Positions 46,001 to 50,559 of a DNA stretch of 50,559 bases are shown one piece after another. Under the pieces are notes generated by a model. The model did not search any database. It was not told the DNA's origin and saw only the letters and a list, made by a program, of their open reading frames with translations. This DNA comes from Reclinomonas americana ATCC 50394. Lineage: Eukaryota. The translations under genes and the position numbers were made by a program. Positions within the stretch are counted from its first letter, which is position 1; each line of letters begins with the position of its first letter. The DNA is taken from NCBI GenBank assembly GCA_048213135.1, contig PS015082.1:109012-159570 (forward strand), given 5' to 3'.

Positions 46001-49000
46001 CTTCTCACAGCATCCACATTGAGCGAGGGCTCGCCACTGTACTCTCACTATCTGCGGCTCGGATCGGTGTGCGCTGACTATGGTCAGTTCGCACTGGCAG
46101 CACAGTGCTTCGATTGGGTGAGTGTGCGCGTCGTCCGCGCGGCTGTCCGTACTCAGTTGTCTGATTTGTGGTACGCCGCAAGATTGGCGATGACTGGGCA
46201 CTGTTCGAGGTGTTCTCCTCGTGCAACAATGCCGGCGGTATGAACCTGCTCAAGCAATCAATGGCCGAAGACAGCCGCCACTCGTCGCTGGTGTACGCCA
46301 TTCACGCGTACCTGGATGAGCCAGTTGTGTTGCAGCTTTTTTTTTGTTGTCGTTGTTGGTGATACATTTCGCTTGTGACTGACACTATCCGTTCACAGCA
46401 ACAAGAGGTCGACACGTTCTCCATGGAGATGAGTGGCGGCACTGGAAAACGGCAGCGAGTACTTGGACAGTCAATCGATGGTTCGTGGGGGCGTCGTGGC
46501 GTGTGTGTTCATTGCCCTAATCTGCGTTGCCAACACTTGCATGCACAGCGCTGCGCCTCATTGATTGGCCAAAGAAGACGCTCAGTGTCGAAGAGTGGGT
46601 GCTGTCGCAGCAGAATGTGGGCGACATGGTGGTGGCGTTTGTTGCTGATGGCAAGGTGGAAAAGGTGAGTATCTCCTTGCCCCGGCATTGAATGGGAACG
46701 GATTGGTGTTTGCTTACCGCTGTTGCTACAGATTGCGCCGCTCAGCTACCAGACACTGATCGAGTGGCTCGGCTCGCCGAAGACCATGATTCACCTGAAG
46801 CAGCTCGGGCAGCAGTTGCGTGGGGCGTTTTCACACAAGAAAAGTCTGCGCCTGCTTCCTTGGTGTATGCTCATTGGTTGTGGATCATCGCAGAACTGCT
46901 CACCGTCGCAAGAAGGCGGGCCCGGGCGGAGCTGGCGCTCCATCGGCCGAATCGACTGCAGCCTCCACCGACGGTACATATTCGTGTGTGTGTGTTCGCG
47001 CGTGCGTGTGGCCGCCGCGATCGTCGCTGTTCTGATCACATGCAACAACCACAGACACGGTTACCGCCGACGAAGCGGCGGATGCGCAAGAAAAGGCACG
47101 CGCAACATTCCAGAGCTACGGCCAAGATATGTATATTGGCTTGTGTTGTGTACTGCGCGCGCATTACCCCACACACGCACTTATCTGCGTTCTTCTTGTC
47201 GTGCACGCAGCGAAGACGACTGGTCTGACGACGAGGGTGATCGTCGCAAGAAGTTGCGCTCTCACGCACGACAAGTGTCGATGTTCATTTCATTCTCCAT
47301 ACTCATGACATTGCGCCGCACAGAATCATGGTCGTCATCAAGGCGCAGGCCGTCAAGAGCACCGGCACGGGAGAGTCGCTGTCGAAAATCACCAAGAACT
47401 TCAAGCTGCGCGGCAAGGGTGGCGCCGTTGTCAAGTTGCGCTTCATGGATCCGCTCCTACGCAGTTAAGTGGGCTCGTTACTCACCGCATTACGTGCACG
47501 CAGGGGTCACAGCAAGTCGGATTCGTGGAGCGATGACGACTTTGGCGGTGAGTCGTCGGCACCAAAGGCTGCCACGGCACCCAAGATATCACTCAGTGCC
47601 GCCGGGTTTGTGACTCGTTGTGCTTGCACCTCCGCAGCGATGCGCACTTCTCACATGTACGCTGTATGCGCAGATCGTCGGCCACTGGCGGATCCGACTC
47701 GGCTCCTGGCACGCCCAACTCGGACGATGGAAGGTGCCGTTGACTTGTGCTTCGTGTATGCGCGTGTTACTGTTTACCGATACATGCGTGTGCGTAGTGC
47801 GTCTGCGACTCCTGTGAAAACGCAACGCGCGCCGCGATCCATGGCTGCGTCCTTTGGCGATGACTTTGACGATGATTTCGGCGGCGAGAGTTCCGGGAGT
47901 GCCGGTGGCTCCTCGTGCGTACCTCGGCACTCGATGATGCCAGTTCACGCCTTGTCTCATTGTGTGTTGCGCAGAACGCCGGTGTCGCCGCCTGCTGGTG
48001 GCTCTCTGTCGGTGCCCAGTGCTGGCTCCGATGGCCCACTCACACCGCCTGCCGGTTCACCGGATGCGGCGTCTCCGGGGTCGTCATCAACTGCGGCCGC
48101 CGGGTCGAGCAGTGGCGGCGGTGGTGACGATGACGATGACTCAAGCAGCCGTCCCAAGTCTCGTCCTGTTAGGTTCGGTGCCGGGGGGGGGGCACAATTA
48201 TTTTGCGATGTCATTTGCCGCACGTTGCTCACCTCATTGCAGTCTCGGTCGTGGTGGTCTTGGCGGCAAATTGTCACTCGGCAAGAGCGGTGCCGCCGCC
48301 AAGAAGGAAGTGGACATTAGGTTCTGTGATCGACGTGCTTTTGTTGCTGCGTACTTTGTGTGCTTCTACTGATACTCGGCATGGTTTGTGTGTTTGCAGC
48401 AAGAACCAAGCGGCGTTTGACCAAGGCATGGAAAAGATCGCTGCCGGCGCTTTCCCCGCAGCTCTTCAGCTGTTCAACAGCGCACTTGTTGGTCTCGGTA
48501 CGCCGTGCAGTTTTTTTGCCGTGTTGTTTTTCTCGCTGTTGGCGTTCTGACTGGATGTGCCGCAGATCCCGATGCCGAGGAGAAATGCAAAACACTGGCA
48601 AAGCAGTGCATCGAGTACAAGAAGCTGCTCCTGCTGTTGTTGCAGGATCGACAGGAACTGGCAAAGAGGGCCACCGAGGGGGTACGTCACTCGCGAGAGT
48701 CTTCAGTGCTGTATTCGATACTGATCATTGTCTGTACACAGTTGGCGCCTGTGAGTCGAGGCGGCTTGTGCCTCGCTGCGGCCAGCCAGCTGGACGTGCA
48801 GCGAGTGTACACCATCCGATGCGCTCGCCTCGCAATCGACCGGCTCATGCAAGCCGAGGCTTGGCAGTATGCTGCAGAAATCCTCTCGGTGCGTTGATTG
48901 CTGTGCGTTGGATTCTGTCGTGCACTTGCGGCTCACAGTACTTTCGTGATGTTCTTGTTTCACACAGGAGTGGGTTCGTTGTAATGTATTAGTGTGCAAC

Positions 49001-49399
49001 CGTCTGTGGTGGATCTCTCATCTCACTTTTCGTAACACAGGAAATCTCCAAGACTGCACCCCCACAGGCTCGGCCGGAAATTGAGCAAAAACTCAAAATT
49101 TGCGAGGATCACTCAAGAGAGAACGGCTCGGCATGCGTCACACTTCCGCCAGGCACGCCACTGAAGGAGGTCGACTTGTGCTTCTCGGTCAGTGCCGATT
49201 CCCGTTGCCATTTATATGTTTTGCGTGGTTGCGACACTCACATGCTGGCTATTTTCAGTCGTTTATTCCTGTCAACGGGGTCGACAACACAACTCGGTGC
49301 AACTTTTGCAAGTGTCGCTTCCACCCAGATGCCGCCGTCGCGGCACTCAGCAAATGCCCGATTTGCACATTTGGAATCATTGCCCGCTCCAGGCGGTAA
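39743..49399 (+). CDS. TSET/TPLATE complex scaffold subunit (TTRAY/TWD40, most like TWD40-1/TTRAY1); ~30 or more exons
   Basis: ISFHPLDSTVAMAVDREIQEYDLNTG; ICAHPR; RDGVFVGPDDMDYLILSHDG; VGVLTTRR; RSCLWIGQCLLF; IGLLEPLMLG; RFDGNRI; ALKALRF; LGSVCADYGQF; C-terminal CNFCKCRF...CPICTFG. These match recalled plant TWD40-1 blocks in the same order. Confidence 0.85.
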
Positions 49400-49589
49400 C
49401 GTGTACATGTGTGTCCGTGGCCTTCACGTGGCTCACTCGAGTCGAGGTGTTGCAGAATGAGGCAGTGAAGTATATCCGTATTTGCACATCGTGCCACGAG
49501 GCCAATGTTCGGGGGCCTTGTGTGTAATAATAGCTTGGCAACCAGTATTTTTCCGCGAGAGTGATAGAGCAGAGACAACTCGGTCGCGA

Positions 49590-50559
49590 ATGCTTCGTGG
49601 ACGTGGTGGTGGTGGCGTCGCACTCATCGATGAAACTCCGCGTCTTCAACTGCTAGTGAAACCGGTGGACGGCGCACATGAGCAAGCACTTGGCCTGTTG
49701 GCAGGTTTGTGTCGTGTTTTGATTGTATTGCATTCGCCCCATGCTCGATCTCACACTTTATGCAGCCACGCGCATCACCTCTGCCATTCGCAACCACGCT
49801 GCCACCATCGAGGTGCTGCAGCGCTACGAGAACGACTCGGCCACCGATGTTGTCAAGGCCGTCCTCAGTGTGCCCGTCGATGCGGGCACGGTGGTCGCCG
49901 ACTTTGCCGTGGCGCGTGTGGACGGGAGAGTGATTCGTGGTTCGGTGAGACCGCGAGAGGAGGCCGCCGACACGTATGACGATGCACTGGCGTCGGGACA
50001 GGCGGCGTACATGGTGCAGCAGAAGAAGGACACGCAGCGCAAGACGTTTGAGGTGCATCTGGGGCGGCTGGATCCTGGTGGTGAGTGAGTGATTGAGTGA
50101 TTGAGTGATTGATGGAGAGTGATCTGCTTGTGCGATCTCATTTGGTGAGCAGAGTCGGTGACGTGCATGGTGAAACTGGTGCGGGAGGGAGCACTGGAGC
50201 CAGTGGGCAACACGTTTGTGCACGTGATCGAGGCGGGACTGTTGCCTTCATTCGAGGATGCTGGGTGAGTGCGATTCAATGTTGTTGTTGTGGTGGTGGT
50301 GGAAGAGACTGACTGCTCAAGTGCGTGTGCGTGTGACAGACCTGGACTCGATGAGTATGAGACACCACTGGGCAGCTTGCCGGTCAGTGGCCTCTCGGTG
50401 GTGGTCCATATCGAGTCCGACAAGGCGATTCGCGATGTGGAGGTGAAGAACTACCAGGTGGAGATTGTGCGATCGGAGGCCGATCCGTGCAAGGCGACAG
50501 TGCACCTGTTGGACGTGAGTCGGGAGGGGAGCCGTGCGCGGCCGGCGGCGTTCGAGACA
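49590..50559 (+). CDS. VIT-domain protein (VWA5A/inter-alpha-trypsin-like), 5' part only
   Basis: ATIEVLQRYEN...KAVLSVPVDAGTVVADF...DGRVIRGSVRPREEAADTYDDALASGQAAYMVQQ...FEVHLGRLDPG|ESVT. Confidence 0.85.

Noticed and set aside
1497-47441. Alternative reading that the shifted introns start with non-canonical TT (G|TTGCGT)
   Set aside because: It would change conserved residues (AP4M1 Y to C, LENG1 P to R, METTL3 L to V) and move the 3' end off AG. GT-AG fits better.
30670-49399. AP-4 mu and a TSET subunit within ~6 kb as a trafficking gene cluster
   Set aside because: They are separated by unrelated genes, lie among mixed-function neighbours, and show no sign of co-regulation.

Overview
Compact, GC-rich, intron-dense eukaryotic genomic DNA with five N-gaps. 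It is probably a flagellated protist, since it carries CFAP77, TTLL2, AP-4 mu and a TSET/TPLATE coat subunit. I reconstructed about 18 spliced or single-exon genes by hand, in this order: an unknown 3' gene end, an ependymin-like secreted protein, RPL15 head-to-head with METTL3, a WDCP-like gene, RTEL1, CFAP77, a secreted lectin-like/Cys-knot-repeat protein, an ankyrin protein, TTLL2, AP4M1, LENG1-like, three tandem intronless WD40 paralogues, TTRAY/TWD40, and the start of a VIT-domain gene. The most striking signal is in the splice sites. At least 33 introns begin GTTGCGT or a close variant, which is the usual GTGCGT/GTGAGT motif shifted by one base, and every one follows a non-G exon base. 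Other highlights are the intronless WD40 array with variable surface positions and a shared C-terminal box, and a 4-nt gap between the TTLL2 stop and the AP4M1 start. All family assignments come from recalled motifs, not database searches, and the exon structures are manual inferences.
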